Shown one piece after another: positions 11,686 to 25,968 of a stretch of 64,000 nucleotides of DNA; the first letter of the stretch is position 1, and each line of letters opens with the position of its first letter. Made by a program: the position numbers and the translations under genes. Below the pieces are notes generated by a model. That model ran no database searches. It had not been told where the DNA came from and worked only from the letters and a program-made list of their open reading frames with translations. The stretch spans positions 370,822,001-370,886,000 of the forward strand of contig OZ024743.1 in the NCBI GenBank assembly GCA_964016885.1. The letters are read 5' to 3'. This stretch comes from Eledone cirrhosa. Lineage: Eukaryota.

Positions 11686-14600
11686 GCTTTCTTTATTAAC
11701 CACAAGGGTTTACACAAAGTAGACATTAAGGACAGTACAGGACAATACAGGATGGTACAAATGGACATTTCTGCGTGTAAAAAAACAAAAAACAGAGGAT
11801 GTAACAAAAAAAGAAACAATGAAAAATTCCCCAATAGGGGGGAGACTTCCGAGGGACATTCATGGAGAAAGCCCATTAAAAAAAAGCCACGGTGACCCTG
11901 ACCACCAGGGCAAGTGCCCTCTTCCAGTTTTCCACCTTCAATTTACAGGCACATACTCAGAGTAGGCCCATTCACATGGGCCATTCTTGCTTCTCACCCA
12001 TCTTTCAACAAAATGTTGGGAAGAGAGCACTTCCCTCTCTACCCTGATTTTCCTTTTTAAATGAAATTTGAAAAAGTTAATCAGGGTATCACCGAAGAGG
12101 TAAGTGCTCGTCTTCAGCCCTTTCAAACGTGTCCACAATACTATTTCTTTCGCCATGGCCACCAGACAGATAAGAATTGCCTGACCTTCCCGGTTAAAGG
12201 AAGAGGGCGGGGCAATCCTCACGATGGACTCAGCTGATAGCTGGATCCGTCCTACACGTGACAGCAGGTGTTCGACATAAACCCACAAGTCAGCAATGCT
12301 CGGTCACTGGACGAGTGCGTGCAGGATGGTTTTGTCGCCCTGCGCGCTTCTCGGACATGCCCGGCTGACGGTACCTCCATACCTGTAGAGTTTATCCCGA
12401 ACTGGCAAAGCTCCTCGGTAGCACTACCAGGCCAGGGATTTCTGGAAATTGTCCATAGGCCCCGGCCCGAAAGTTCTTCCGAAGAGATTGGCTAGTTCAT
12501 TTTCGTCGACGCCTAGAGTTTCCCCAAGTACGTCGCCGTTAAGGAGACGTGCTGGGGAAAGACGCATCTAGCAAATGGCGACCACACCTGATCACCGTCG
12601 AGGAAGAGGTGCAGATGTCATAGCCTGAGTGCGTGTCTGCACATCATCAGCCACGGCATTCCCAACCCTCCACGTAGCGGGTGTTGACAGCAGATGGACC
12701 GCCTGACTATCGGAGCGCGTCCCTTCCAGAAAAAGCGAAAGAGAAACTGCTCCAGCGCAGTCAGGCGAGGCTTAGGACAAGGCACGACGGTCAGGCAGTA
12801 GTAGATGACAGACGCGATGTATGGGTTAGCCACCTCCGCGCGACCTTTCAGGGATAGCTTCTTCTCCGCCCATTTCTGGCTGAGAGAAGCCACCCTGCTC
12901 GTCACCTCGTCCCAGTTTTTGTCCGTCTGGAGGTCCGGACCAAACCAGACCCCTAGCAATTTAACCGATCTGTCCGTCCAGCGCCCGACAGCATGGACCT
13001 GCCTCTCCAGGTGCCGAGCTGCAGGCCCACCGACTTTTCCTGGTTGATCATTGCTCTTGTCACCGCTTCGTATTCTCTTAGTGTAGTGCTGATCTCCTCG
13101 ATGTGCTTGGCGTTCGACAGCACTACGGTGACATCGTCAGCATATGCTGACACGGATCTTCCGCATCCTAGTTCGCGCGGGAGCCCCCCTCAACGTCTTC
13201 AGTTTGTGCAGTAATGGCTCGAGAGTCAATACGTACAAGAAGGACGAGAGGGGACATCCTTGGCGGAGCGAGCGCATGATGTTGAACGGTTCCGAAAGGT
13301 GACCGTTCACTCTCACCACAGAGCAGATGTCGCTGTGCATGGCAGCGATCCAGCTTCTGAAGATGGTCCCAAAGCCAGCCGCCCTCGGGACTGCCGCCAG
13401 ATAACGATGGACGACTCTATCGAAAGCTTTCGACTGATCTAAATTGATCAAGGACCCACCCGTCCCTAGCTACCCTCTCCACAATGTATCTCATGAGGTG
13501 GAGGTATCTGTCAGGAATGGCACATGACTGCGCCTCTCCCACCAGACCACCAACGACAAGCCCCAACCTCTTTGCTAGCACCTTGGCCAAAATCTTGAAC
13601 TCTGTTTTGAACAGAGTTATGGGTCTGAAATTATCTATGTTATCCCCCTTGTTCCGCTCTTCGGCTCACAGAGCTGGGAATTCTCCCGTTCTGTTGCCAG
13701 TTGCAGTAGACGTCCGCCAAGAGGCCTCCGAACAAGTCTGGCATCTATACGTAAAGTTCATAGGGCAGACCATCCAAACCAAGCGATTTACCCGTTGTGC
13801 AGCCAGTCATTGCCTCCCGTATTTCAGCTGCTGTTATCGGCTTTTTGCAACACTCTGCCTCAGTGGCCGAGAGCCGCGGCAGTCCGTCGAGGTAGACACT
13901 AAAGTCCATCCGTCGATCTGGCTCTCCGCTGCCCGAACAGCTGAGGGAAGTGTCGCTGAGAAGCTTCACGCATTTGCCTGGGATCGAGTAGCATGCACTC
14001 GTCGTGGTCCACCAAAGACCGGATTGTGGCTTTGTTGACACAATAAGCCTCCACCACTTGGGCCCATTGGACGGCTTTCATCCCCTCGTGTCTGAGAGCA
14101 CGCACCCTAGCTCTGACAACGCAGCCTTCATGCTTTGCATTGAAGAATTGGTCAGGGGCCAATTCCGCCGCAAGTACGTCGGTCGCGATGCCTTTGCTAA
14201 GCGCCTCGTCTAATTTTCTAACTAGTTCTCCCTCTGCTCTATTTTTCTCTATTGCTAAAGCCTTACTAAACCTAATGGACTCTATTCTAATTGCACTTTT
14301 CAGAGCAAACCACCATTTGTTGTTGACGATGGCTCCCGTCAACACTCGCTTAACTAGTTCGCTAATCCGTTTTCCACCTCTGAAGACGGGCCCAAAGCCA
14401 GCCGCCCTCAAGACTGCCGCTAGGTAACGATGGTCGACCCTATCGAAAGCTTTCGACTGATCTAAATTGATCAAGGACCCACCCGTGCCAGGTTCCCTAG
14501 CTACCCTCTCTACGATGTATCGCATGAGGTGGAGGTTGTCGTGGATGGATCTATCGGGAATGGCGCATGTCTGCGCCTCTCCCACCAGAACACCAACGAC

Positions 14601-17600
14601 TTTGCTAGCACCTTGGCCAAAATCTTGAACTCTGTGTTTAGCAGAGTTATGGGCCTAAAATTATCTATGTTATCCCCCTTGTTCGGATCCTTTCTCAGCA
14701 GTGCCACCGCTCCTCGGCTCACAGAGCTGGGAATTCTCCCGTTCTGTTGCCAGTTGCAGTAGACGTCCGCCAAGAGGCCTCTGAACAAGTCTGGCATCTA
14801 TACGTAAAGTTCATAGGGCAGACCATCCAAACCAAGCGATTTACCCCTTGTGCAGCCAGTCATTGCCTCCCTTACTTCAGCGGCCGTTATCAGCTTTTCG
14901 CAACACTCCGCCTCAGTGGCCAAGAGCCGCACCAGTCCATCGAGGTAGACACTAAAGTCCATCCCTCGATCCGGCCCACCGCTGCCCCCGAACAACTGAG
15001 CGAAGTGTCGCTGAAAAGCTTTACACATTTGCCCGGGATCGAGTAGCATGCGCCCGTCGTGGTCCACCAAAGACCGGATCGTGGCTTTGTTGCCACGACA
15101 TGCCTCCGTCACTCGGGCCCATTGAACGGCATTCGTCCCCTCGTGTCTGAGAGCACGCACCCTAGCTCTGACAACGCAGCCTTCGTGCTTTGCATTGAAG
15201 AATTGGTCAAGGGCCAATTCCGCCGCAAGTACGTCGGTCGCGATGCCTTTGCTAAGCGCCTCGTCTAATTTTCTAACTAGTTCTCCCTCTGCTCTATTTT
15301 TCTCTGTTGCTAAAGCCTTACTAAACCTAATGGACTCTATTCTAATTGCTCTTTTCAGAGCAAACCACCACTTGTTGTTGACGATGGCCCCCGTCAACGC
15401 CCGCTTAACTAGTTCGCTAATCCAGTCTCTGTAGGCCTTGCGCGCTGGTAAGGACGCGTTTAGCTTCCAGTAGCCGGGTCCTCGTCTATGAAGCCTATCT
15501 AAGTCAAGCACACAGATCACGAATTTGTGGTCCATGTAGCTGACTATCTTGAATTGTGGACAGTCTATGCTAGACCTATCTATTTCTCTACAAAATACTC
15601 TATCTAGATATGATCTGGATGACCCTATGCGATTTTTCCAAGTCCACATTGGCACATTCGGGAAATCCAATCGGTACCTGTCAGAAAGTTCAAAACGCCT
15701 GAGCAGGTTGGTGAGACTCTTGCACTCTCCTCCCCTATCTGCTAATCCCACACAGTCCCAGCGTGCATCTAAGATCCCATTCCAGTCGCCCACTAACACT
15801 AAAGAGCGGGACGTTCCAAGAAAGGTCTCCAGACGCCGGAAGAAATCAGGCCGCCCTGCTCCTGTCGGGGCATAGACGACCACTAGCCTGAAAGCTTGCC
15901 CATCTCCGCTGGTCACATATAGCACCACCAACTTACCTTCTGGGTTCAGGAAGATGGCTCGTATGGCGAGATCCAAACCGCTCCGAAAAAGCACAGCAAC
16001 TCCTCCCCCCGATCCCGGATGGCTGGGAGATGCGTACACATCGTAGCCGCCGAAGATCAGTGCGAAGCCCCGTGCTTCGGAGATTTTGGTCTCGCTGATG
16101 GCCACTACATCTATGTTTAGTGACCTGAGGTCGTTGAGCAGGTGGCCCTGCTTCCATGATGACCCCAAGCCACGCGCATTTATGCTGCCTATTCTGAGTG
16201 AGGTCATGTTGAAATGGAGTGGAAAAGATGGGAAAGAGCACTTACCTTACTTCTCGTAGAGGAAGGATGGTTTGTCCATCCTTTTCACTGCTTGTGGCCT
16301 CCTCCGGAAGGATGTCCTTATAAATCCTCCTGGAGAGTGTTTGTCGGAAGTCTCCGATGTCTTTGGGGAATTTTTGTTTTAGTGTCGTGTACGTTTTCTG
16401 TGTGATGCGAGTGATTTGTATGTGTGGAGGTGGTGTGAACTTTTGGGTTGTTGTGTAGACTTTTTCTGTGATGCTGGTGTTGTGTTGCATGTAGTGTAAT
16501 AATTGGTTGTTGTTCAAATCTAATGCTGTGTCGTGTGTATTGTTTTGGTTGTTTTGTTTTGTTTGCGTTTGTTGTGGGTTTGTTTCTGTTATGCTTTTTG
16601 GTGACCTTTGGGGTGTTGGTGATGGTGGTGTTGGGGTTAATGATGGTGTTGGTGTTTGTGGTGATGGGGGTTGGTGATGCTGGTGTGGATGGTGGCATAT
16701 CTGTCCTAACTTTTTTGTTTGATAATTTATTTGTTTCCCTCTGTATTTTGTTTTTGGAGGGGGAAGGAAGAGAATTTTTTCTTTTTTGGTTTCTTTCTTT
16801 CTTTTTTCCTGATACTGTTTCCCACTCCTCGTCTTCACAATCTGTCTCCAGTTGCGATAAGCCGGGGAGTGGAAAATCTTCCACAGGCGTTGGTTTTGGT
16901 TGTGGCGTGGTGGATGGTGTAGGCGCTGGTGCTAGTTCTGGCGTGTTGGGTTGTGGTGGTGTTGATTTTGCTACTGTTGCTGGGGTTGTTGCTGTTACAG
17001 TTGCTTCTGTTGTTGCTGCTACAGTTGTTGCTGCCATTTCTGCTGCTAGTGGTGTTGATGGTTGAGTCACTGGGGTGGGTAAGAGAGGTGGCCTCAACCT
17101 TTTAGCCTGAGGGCAGAAAACCCTTAGGTGGGTTCCTTCACCACAAACGACACACCTAGGTCTTCTGCCCTCGACGATTACGGTGAGGTGGCTGCCGTCA
17201 GTGACGTCTATTACCTCTGGGATCTCCTCAATGCTTTTATGGTCCGCTTGGATCAGGAGCTCCATCCCAGATCCGGACCAGTTCTCCTGCTTTTCTTTCG
17301 CTATTTCAATTATCTTAGTGTTGGCCTCTATGCCGGCGAGTAGGTAGCCATTAGCCAGGGAATTTCGATGGCCGGTGGAACGTGGGTCACCCTGATCTTC
17401 ACAAGTCTCTGGCCACAATAGCTTGGGACGAATGTGAAGTCGTCACTTCTTAATGGGGCCATGGAGTGTTCTCTGGCCTCCTGTGGTGTTTCAAAGAACA
17501 CGACCACGGTTCCATACTTCTGCCCACCTCTGATGTGGGTTTTCTTTGCCCACACATGTCCCAAAGCTTTTTGGATTTGGGACTCGGATGCCCGTTCCAC

Positions 17601-18384
17601 TCGGCGCAATTTTATGTTAATTGTCTAATAAGACAATTGCTCCATTTTATTAGGTGTGGGGGGGGGGGGGGGGGTGAGGCTGACCCTGTACCCATCTTTC
17701 TTTACCATTCCTTTGGCTTCTTCTAATTCCTCCTGAGTTACCTGGATCGCTTCGCACGTTTTTGCTACTCTGGCAAAACTCAGGGTAGTTTTCTTAATTT
17801 CATTGTTGCTGTTGTTGTTATCGCTATTTTTGCTATTGTTAATTTTAGTTTCAGTTGTGGTGGTGGTGGTGTCAGTGGTGTTCGGTGTGGAAGAGTTCAT
17901 TTTGGTTGAATTCATTTCGATATCACGAGTTAATTTATTTTTTCTTTTGTTTCTGTTGTCGCTGTGGTGGTGGTGGGGGTGGTGGTTGTCGCGGTGGTGG
18001 CTTTAACACCTGCAGTCATTGGTAATGGCGGGAAATGAACGTCTGCCTGAGACAAATTTAAAATATTGCTACTGCTTACATTTCCAGTGTTGGCAAACGT
18101 AGCAATATTTACAATGGTGGTGTCGGTGTGAGGTGTTAGATTGTGAGGAAGGAGTGACTCTGAGACATCCATGATTTTTCAAAGAAAAATTTTTGTTTGA
18201 TAATTATAAAAAGTTTAAATTTGGGGCTCAAGGCCCCAATATTTTTGAGTGTCCTTTTCAGAAATCAATGTATGTGCACTTATATACAGTTAACAATAAA
18301 AATTATCCATAAATGGCGATCTTAAACAACTGAAAATAACAAACCTTTGCGGAGCTCACGATACGATTTACTACGCAGGTCGCC
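11686..18384 (-). mobile_element. Apparently full-length but degenerate Tx1-like (L1-clade) LINE flanked by (TAA)n
   Basis: Frameshifted ORF1 (about 18172-16318) with the CX2CX4HX4C knuckle CVVCGEGTHLRVFC. ORF2 starts at 16207: APE (SINARGL, ISETK, VGDWN, YLDR, DH), GYWKLN, RT (DQSKAFDRV, RQGCPLS, AYADD). 3' end ccttgtggttaataaagaaagc(ATT)n. Confidence 0.92.
14798..16207 (-). pseudogene. Tx1-like ORF2 N-terminal part (APE endonuclease plus linker), 469 aa to a premature stop
   Basis: ORF track; APE catalytic motifs are present. Confidence 0.85.
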
Positions 18385-18421
18385 AATAATAATAATAATA
18401 AATAATAATAATAATAATAAT

Positions 18422-21400
18422 GATTTCTTTATTGGCCACAAGGGCTGACATCAAGAAAAACATTACAGACGGCACAGGACGGTACGATGTGGGTTTTGTG
18501 CGTGTAAAGATTTTTATTATTTATATAAGAAAAGAAAAAAAAGGACATAGAAACATATATATATATAAACAATAAAAATGAAAATTGAAACAATGAAAAG
18601 TTCCCCAACAGGGGGGAAATCTCCGAGGGTTACTCGTGGCGAAAACCACACAAAAGACCACGGCCACCCTGACCACCAGGGCAAGCGCCCTCTCTCAATT
18701 TTTCCATCTCTGAAAAACCACAGGCATATATTCAGAGTGTTCACTCGGACCATTCTCGCTACATTCACCCACCTTTCAACAAACTTGCTAGAAGGCAGCA
18801 CTTGCCTCTTCACCCTGATTTTCCTGTTCAAGTGAAACTTGAAAAAGTTAATTAGGGATTCGCCAAAGAGGAAAGTGTCTCTCTTTAACCCTTTTAACCT
18901 TGTCCACCAAACAATCTCTTTCGCCATGGCCACCAGGCAGATGAAAACCGTCTGCCCTTCCTCATCGAAGGAAGACGGCGAGACCATCTGCACAATGGAC
19001 TCAGTCGACAACCAGATCAGTCCTACACGCGACAGCAACTGTTTGACATAGCTCCACAAGTCAGCAATGCTCGGGCACTGAACGAGTGCGTGCACGACGG
19101 TTTCGTCGCTCTGCGCGCATCTCGACAGGCTCGGCTGACGGCACTTCCGTGCCTGTAGAGCTTATCTCGAACCGGCAGCGCTCCCCGGTAGCACTGCCAG
19201 GCCAGGGATTTTTGGAAGTTATCCATAGGCCCCGGGCTGAAAGTTCTCTGGAAGAGAACAAACAGCTGATCTTCTTCGACGCCCAGGGTCTCTCCGAGAA
19301 TGTCGTCGCTCTTCCCCTCCACTAGTCCTCTATAGAACGCCAAGGTGGTGTTCCACCGATACTGGTGCCCAGCTGGCAGAGGGCAGTGAGCGCCTGGAGA
19401 GATTCCAGTTTCCAAGCGCTATCCCTCGGTCTTTTTCTAACCCAGGACTGCAGCTCCGTCAAGGAGACGAGCTGTGGGAAAATGTGCCTGGCGAACGGCG
19501 ACCACACCCGTTCACCATCAAGGAAGCAGCAGAGATGTCACAGCCTCAGCGCATGTTTGCGCATCATCAGCCATGGTATGCCCAGTCCTCCACGCAACGG
19601 GTGTTGACAGCAGATGGATCGTCTGACCATGGGAACGTGTCCCTTCCACAAAAAGCAGAGGCGCTCCATTTTGGTGAGAGTTGGGGCGGAGCAAGGGACG
19701 ACGGTGAGGCGGTAGCAGATGACAGATGCGATGTACGCATTCGCCACCTCCGCCCGGCCTTTCAGGGACAGCTTCCTCTCGGTCCATTTCTGGGTGAGGG
19801 AGGCCACCCTGCTTGTCAGCTTGTTCCAGTTTTTCTCCATCTGGAGGTCTAGTCCGAACCAGACCCCGAGCAATTTAACCTTCCGTCCGTCCAACACCCC
19901 ACGACGCTGTCGGACGGCATGGACATGCCTCTCCAGGTGCCGAGCTGCAAACCCGACTTTTCCTGGTTTATCTTTGCTCCTGTCACCGCTTCGTATTCCT
20001 TGTGAGCGGTGCTGAGCATCTGGACGTGTCTGGTGCTCGACATCACCACGGTGACGTCGTCAGCGTAAGCCGACTCGGATTTCCCGCATCCTAGTTCCGT
20101 GGGACGCCCCTCATCACCCCAAGTTTGTGCAGTAACGGCTCGAGAGCCAATACGTACAAGAGGGACGAGAGGGGACAACCCTGGCGGAGTGAGCGCATGA
20201 TGCTGAATGGCTGCGACAGGTGACCGTTCACCCTCACAACTGAGCAGATGTCGCTGTACATCACAGTGATCCAACTCCTGAAAACGGGCCCGAAACCGGC
20301 TGCCTCGAGGACCTCTGCCAGGTACTGATGGTCGACCCTATCGAATGCTTTGGATTGATCCAAGTTGATCAGGGCCCCACCCGTGCCAGGTTCCTTAACC
20401 ACCCTCTCTATGATGTATCGCATGAGGTGGAGTTTGTTGTGTATGGATCAGTCTGGAATATCTGCGCCTCTCCCACCAGACCCTTGACGACAAGCGCCAA
20501 CCTCGTTGCTAACACCTTGGCCAAAATCTTGAACTCTGCGTTTAGCAGGGTTATGGGCCTGAAATTATCGATAACTCCCCCTTGTTCGGATCTTTTCTCA
20601 GCAGCCCCACTGCTCCCCGGCTCACAAAACTAGGAACGCTCCCGTTCTGCTGCCAGTTGCAGTAGACGTCTGCCAAGAGGTCACCGAACAAGTCTGGCAT
20701 AAATGCATAAAGCTCATAGGGCAGACCATCCAAACCTGGCGATTTACCCCTTGTGCAGTTAGACATCGCTTCCCATATTTTACCGGCTGTGTTTGGCTTT
20801 TCGCAACACTGTGCTGCGATCGTCGAGAGCCGAGGCAGTCCGTCGAGGTATGCACTGAAGTCCATGCCCCGATACGTGCTGCCACTGCCGCTCCCGAACA
20901 GTTCAGCAAAGTGCTGCTGAAAAGCTTCACACATCCACTCGGGTTCGAGCATCACGCACCCGTTTTGGTCAGACAAAGACCTAATTGTGGCTTTGTTGCC
21001 ACGTCGCTCCTCTGCCACCCGGGCCCATTGGACGGCTTTTGTCCCCTCGTGTCTTAGAGCACGCGCTCTAGCTCTGACAATGCAGCCTTCGTGTTTTGAA
21101 TTGAAGATTTGGTCGAGTGCCAATCTCGCCGCAAGCACGTCGGTTGCGATGTCTGTCCTAAACGCCTCTTCTAGCTTTCTGACTAGCTCTCCCTCTACTC
21201 TATTTTCCTCTATCACTACTCCTTTGCTAAACCTAATCGACTCTACTTTAATTGCCCTTTTCAGGGCGAACCACCACCTGTTGTTGATGACCGCTCCCGT
21301 CAATGCCCGCTTAACTAATACGCTAATCCGGTCTCTGTAGGCTTTGCGCGCCGGGAAAGACGCGTTCAGCTTCCAGTAACCAGGTCCTTGTCTATGCAGT

Positions 21401-23131
21401 CTGTCTATCTCGATCTCACAGATCACAAATATGTGGTCTGTGTAGTCGACTATTTTAAATTGTGGACAACTTATACTAGCCTTATCTAGTTCTCTGCAGA
21501 ATACCCTATCGAGATACGATCTGGATGACCCGATGCGGTTTGTCCATGTCCACATTGGCACATTCGGGTGATCCAGTCGATACCTGTCAGACAGTTCAAA
21601 ACGTCTGAGCAGGTTGGTGAGGCTCTTGCACCGTCCTCCCCTATCCACTAGCCCCACATGATCCCAGCATGCATCCAAGATACCGTTCCAGTCGCCCACT
21701 AACACTAAAGAGCGGGACGTGCCAAGAAAGGTCTCTAGACGTCTGAAGAAATCTGGCCGTCCTGCCCCTATTGGGGCGTAGACGGCTACTATCCTGAAAG
21801 CATTGCCTTCGCTGCCGGTCACGTCCAGCACCACCGACTTACTTTCTGGGTCTAGGAAGATGGCCCGTATCGCGAGATCCAAGCCTCTCCGAAAAAGGAC
21901 GGCAACCCCTCTCCCCGATCCTGGATGGCTGGGAGATGCGTATACATCGTAGCCGCCGAAGATCGGTGCGAAGGCTTGTGCTTCTTCGTTTGTTGCCTGC
22001 CCTGCTCTTGGTAGCAGCGGACCAGGTATTGGAAGGAGAGTGGTCTTCTTCGCCGTCTTCTGCGGGCAAAAGGCCCTGAGGTGACCCTTCGACCCACAGA
22101 GATAACATGTTGGCCGTCTTCCTTCTACACTTATAGAGAGTTGGAGTCCTTCCTCGATGTCTATAATATCGGGGATAGCGTTGATACATTCCTGGTCAGT
22201 TTGTATAAGCATTTGCATGCCTATACCTGACCAGTTCTCACTCCCTATTTTTCTACTTGCAGCATGGTCGTCCTGTTCTCGATTCCAGCAAGGACAGATG
22301 CGGCCAGCCAAGGTATGGGCACATCGGGAGGGACCTGGGTCACTTTGACCCTCACAACTTTAGTGTTTCCAAAGAGTGAGACTTTGCTTCCTGGGGGGTG
22401 GCGAAAAGTACGTCTACTGTGGTGTACTTTCTGCCTCGGGTGATGTGGGTTTTGCGTGCCCAGACGCACCCCAAGGCCTTTTGGATTTGAGCCTCCGTGG
22501 CTCTCTCCACCCGATGTGAGATTTTGCTTACGGTGCAGTAAGTCACCGTCCGTAGCTACTGGTCCTTGAAAAAATCGGGTGGAGGTTTCAGGGAGACTCT
22601 ATTTGCGCTTCTTGTCACCATGGCCCTTGCGACTGCCATCTCCTCCTCTGTGACTAACACTGTCTCGATATTTCGGGCGACACCTGCAAAAGAAGTGGTC
22701 CCTTTTTCAGCAGCACCACTATTGCTGCCGCTACTGGTCTTACTGGTAGTGCTGAGATCGCTATTACAGGTATCGGTGTCATTGTTGTTGTTTTCGTTGG
22801 TACAGTTGTTGGTGTTGTTGTTGTTGTTTTCATTGATACTGTTGCTGTTGTTACTGTTACTGTGGCTGTTGTTATTATTGTTGTTTTTGTTGATACTGTT
22901 CCTACTATTATTGTTGTGGCTGTTGTTATTGTCATTGTTATTGTCGTTCTCGACTTTACCGCTGTTATTTTTGTTGTTGCTGTTGTTATTGATGGTGTTG
23001 TTGTTGGTGGTATTGTTGGTATTGTTTGTGTTAGAAATATTTGTTAATTTTAAATCTGTAACAATCTTCTTTTCATTTGTAATATTTTCATTTATATTTA
23101 CCTCCGCTGGAATGCTGTCTTGTTGACATGC
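18422..23131 (-). mobile_element. Second Tx1-like LINE (different ORF1 variant), internally deleted
   Basis: Asn-rich ORF1 N-terminus; the knuckle CYLCGSKGHLRAFC is fused in frame to ORF2 EN (ORF 20551-22311); RT motifs; 3' end cccttgtggccaataaagaaatc(ATT)n; (TAA)n at both ends. Confidence 0.92.
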
Positions 23132-23149
23132 TGATAATAATAATAATAA

Positions 23150-25832
23150 ATTGTTGAAAAGCATGAGAGAAGTAAGAAGCATCATTCTATCTGGAAGGAG
23201 AGCAAAAAATATGCTACTGATCTCATGCTTGATACCCAGGCTGGACAGACTAAAGAAACTGATGCAACTGATGCTGCTAGGCACACAAAATCACTGGCAA
23301 AAGCAAAAGGGCAAGGATAATTAGCATCAAATTGGGAGCAGAAACCTCTGCATAGCAAATATGTGGCCTGTAGCAAACAAGCTGATGTTGACCAAAGGCA
23401 CACCCATCAGTGGCTACGTATTTTAGGGCTAAAGGCGGAGAGTGAAGGCTTCATCTTAGCTGCCCAAGATCAAAGCTTATTGACTCGTAATTACCAGGCC
23501 AAATGTGATGAGAAACGGAATAAATCCAAAGTACCGATTCTGCAATGCTGAGGTTGAAACAGTGGATCACTTAGTCTCTGGATGTAAAGTTTTAGCACCA
23601 GTAGAATACAAATATAGACATGACAGAGTTGGCCAATATCTACACTGGGTAATATGTCGGCATTACAAAATCAAAGCTGAAGACAAGTGGTACAACCATC
23701 ACCCTGAGGCTGTAACTAAGGAGAAGTAATAATTCTCTGGGACTTTCCTGTACATACTGACAGGACCATAAAAGCAAATAGACCTGACATCATTATAAAA
23801 GATCAACATAACAAGGTCTGTTTGTTGATAGATATGAGCATCCCATGTGATCACAATATCGCGGCAAAAGGATTTGACAAGCTACAAAAATATAAAGATC
23901 TCATCATCATCATGATCATCACCGTTTTACGTCCGTTCTTCCACGCTAGCATGGGTTAGACGGGTTGTCCTGTTGTGGGCAGTGTCTGGTCGGCTGACCA
24001 TGCCTTGCTCATACAGGAACTGATCTGGCTTGATTTCTACAGCTGGATGCCCTTCCTAACACCAACCTCATTTACAGTGAGTGCTGGGTGCTTTTTCGTG
24101 GCGCCTACACGTCCACTTTACAGTGTGGGCTGGGTGCTTTTTTGCCGTGGCACCTCCACGACCACCTTGCGGTGGGGGGGGGGAGGCATATTGTTTATAT
24201 GCTTCAGCATGTACCCATGGGAGGTCGGGTACCCTGTATTACTGCGTGACGCCAGAAGTCACGGTCGTGTGTCATTGTCTTTGAGAGGTGTAGTTGGGTA
24301 AGGTCGGCTTTTATCACCTCATCCCAAGTCATCTTGGGTCTCCCCACTCCGCGGTTTCCATCAACTTCTAGTGCTCTGCACCTTTTTATGCAGCTGTCAT
24401 CCTTCATACGCATCACATGTCCATACCAGCGTAACCGCCTCTCCTGCACGCAGCATTTGATTCCTCTTATGCTCAGTCTCTCTCTCAATTCCTTTATGCT
24501 TTGTCGTTCACGTATATTACTGTTACACATCCATCGGAGCATGCAGGCTTCGTTTCTCTCTAATCTACGTAAGTCTTCCACCTTCAGCGCCCAGGTCTCA
24601 CTACCATGCAACATCGCTGTTCGGATACACGCATCATACAGTCTGCCTTTCATTCTGAGGGAGAAGCCTTTTGCAGCTAGCAGTGGTAGTAGTTCCCTAA
24701 ACTTCTTCCATCCCGTTCTTACCCTAGTTATTGTACTTTCTGAGCACCCACCTCCGTTGCTAATTCGGTCACCTAGGTAGCAGAAGCTGTCTACTGTTTC
24801 TACAGGGCCCTCCCAGAGATTGGTGGTACTTGTTTCCTGTGGCTGTTTGCTTGCTGTTTCAGTACAGCTGCTGCATGTGAATCCTACATTCTTAATTAAG
24901 CTTCCTGAGATCCCGCTACATCTCTTGTGTACCCATTGTTTGCATTTGGGGCAGAGAATGGAGTTCCTACCTACACCTTTCCTACATACTGAGCAAGGCC
25001 ATTTCCCTGAGGGGATCTGGGTTCTGTTTTCTCGTCTACTTACAAGGACCTTAGTCTTTGTCATGTTGACTTTGAGGCCCTTTCTCTCTAGTCCCTGCTT
25101 CCAGGTTTGGAATTTATTCTCTAGTTCTACCATAGATTCAGCTATGAGTGCGAGGTCATCAGCATACAGGAGTTCCCATGGGCATCCGGTCTTAAACTCC
25201 TCCGTTATTGCCTGCAGGACTATGATGAACAGGAGAGGGCTAAGAACAGAGCCCTGGTGGACCCCAACCTGTACGCTAAATTCCTCGCTATACTCATTGC
25301 TAATCCTAACTTTGCTGACTGTTCCCCTATACATGGCTTGTACCGCTTTCACAAGCCATTCATCTACTCCTAGTTTTCTAAGAGCCCACCAGATTACTGC
25401 ACGTGGAACTCTGTCAAAGGCTTTCTCAAGGTCGACAAATGCCAAGTCGACAATCTGCTTATTGAAATTGAGAAAATGTGGCACCTCAAGGCCGTTACAA
25501 TACCAGTGACTGTGGGAGGACTGGGTATGATCAAGAAAGGAACAGAACAATATTTGTGAATGATTCCTGGTTTGCCCTCTCTGCACGAGGTGCAAAAAAT
25601 TGTTTTGACTGGTACTGCACACGTATTGAGAAGAGCACTATCTCTGTAAGATTGATATCCCTCCTTGTATTTACATATGCATATGCACATGTGTATATAT
25701 GTATACTGTTTTTTTTTATTATAATCAATGTGCTGTATTAACTGGCTTACCAATGCACACTGTGAATTTATTTGCCCTAGGTGTCACTCGGCATATATCT
25801 CAGAAACAATAATGAAACAATAATGAAAGAAA
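23150..25832 (+). mobile_element. 5'-truncated R4/Dong-like RLE LINE, split by an RTE insertion
   Basis: GLKAESEGFILAAQDQ, CCHC-like ETVDHLVSGC, RHD, RPD..LID nuclease motifs. KYKDL (to about 23903) resumes as LIEIEKMW after about 25455. Ends in gaaa(ATA)n. Confidence 0.88.
23901..25452 (-). mobile_element. Young 5'-truncated RTE LINE inserted in the Dong-like element
   Basis: Open RT C-terminal half (AFVDLEKAFDRV, HQGSVLSP, YADD, PHD-like finger, RRLRWYGHV); (GAT)n tail at about 23901-23920. Confidence 0.93.
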
Positions 25833-25852
25833 ATAATAATAATAATAATAAT

Positions 25853-25953
25853 AATTGTTTCTACTTTTGGCACAAGGCCAGGAATTACCCAGTGTATTAC
25901 TGGTACTTTATTTTATCGACCCCGTAAGGATGAAAGGCAAAGGTAACCTTGGC
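25853..25953 (-). mobile_element. 5'-truncated SINE family A between (TAA)n runs
   Basis: Same core and 3' end as 52772-52952; (TAA)n on both sides. Confidence 0.85.
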
Positions 25954-25968
25954 AATAATAATAATAAT

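Noticed and set aside
24204-25622. 472-aa ORF as a host gene
   Set aside because: Its N-terminal ~57 aa is antisense Dong sequence fortuitously in frame with a truncated RTE RT.
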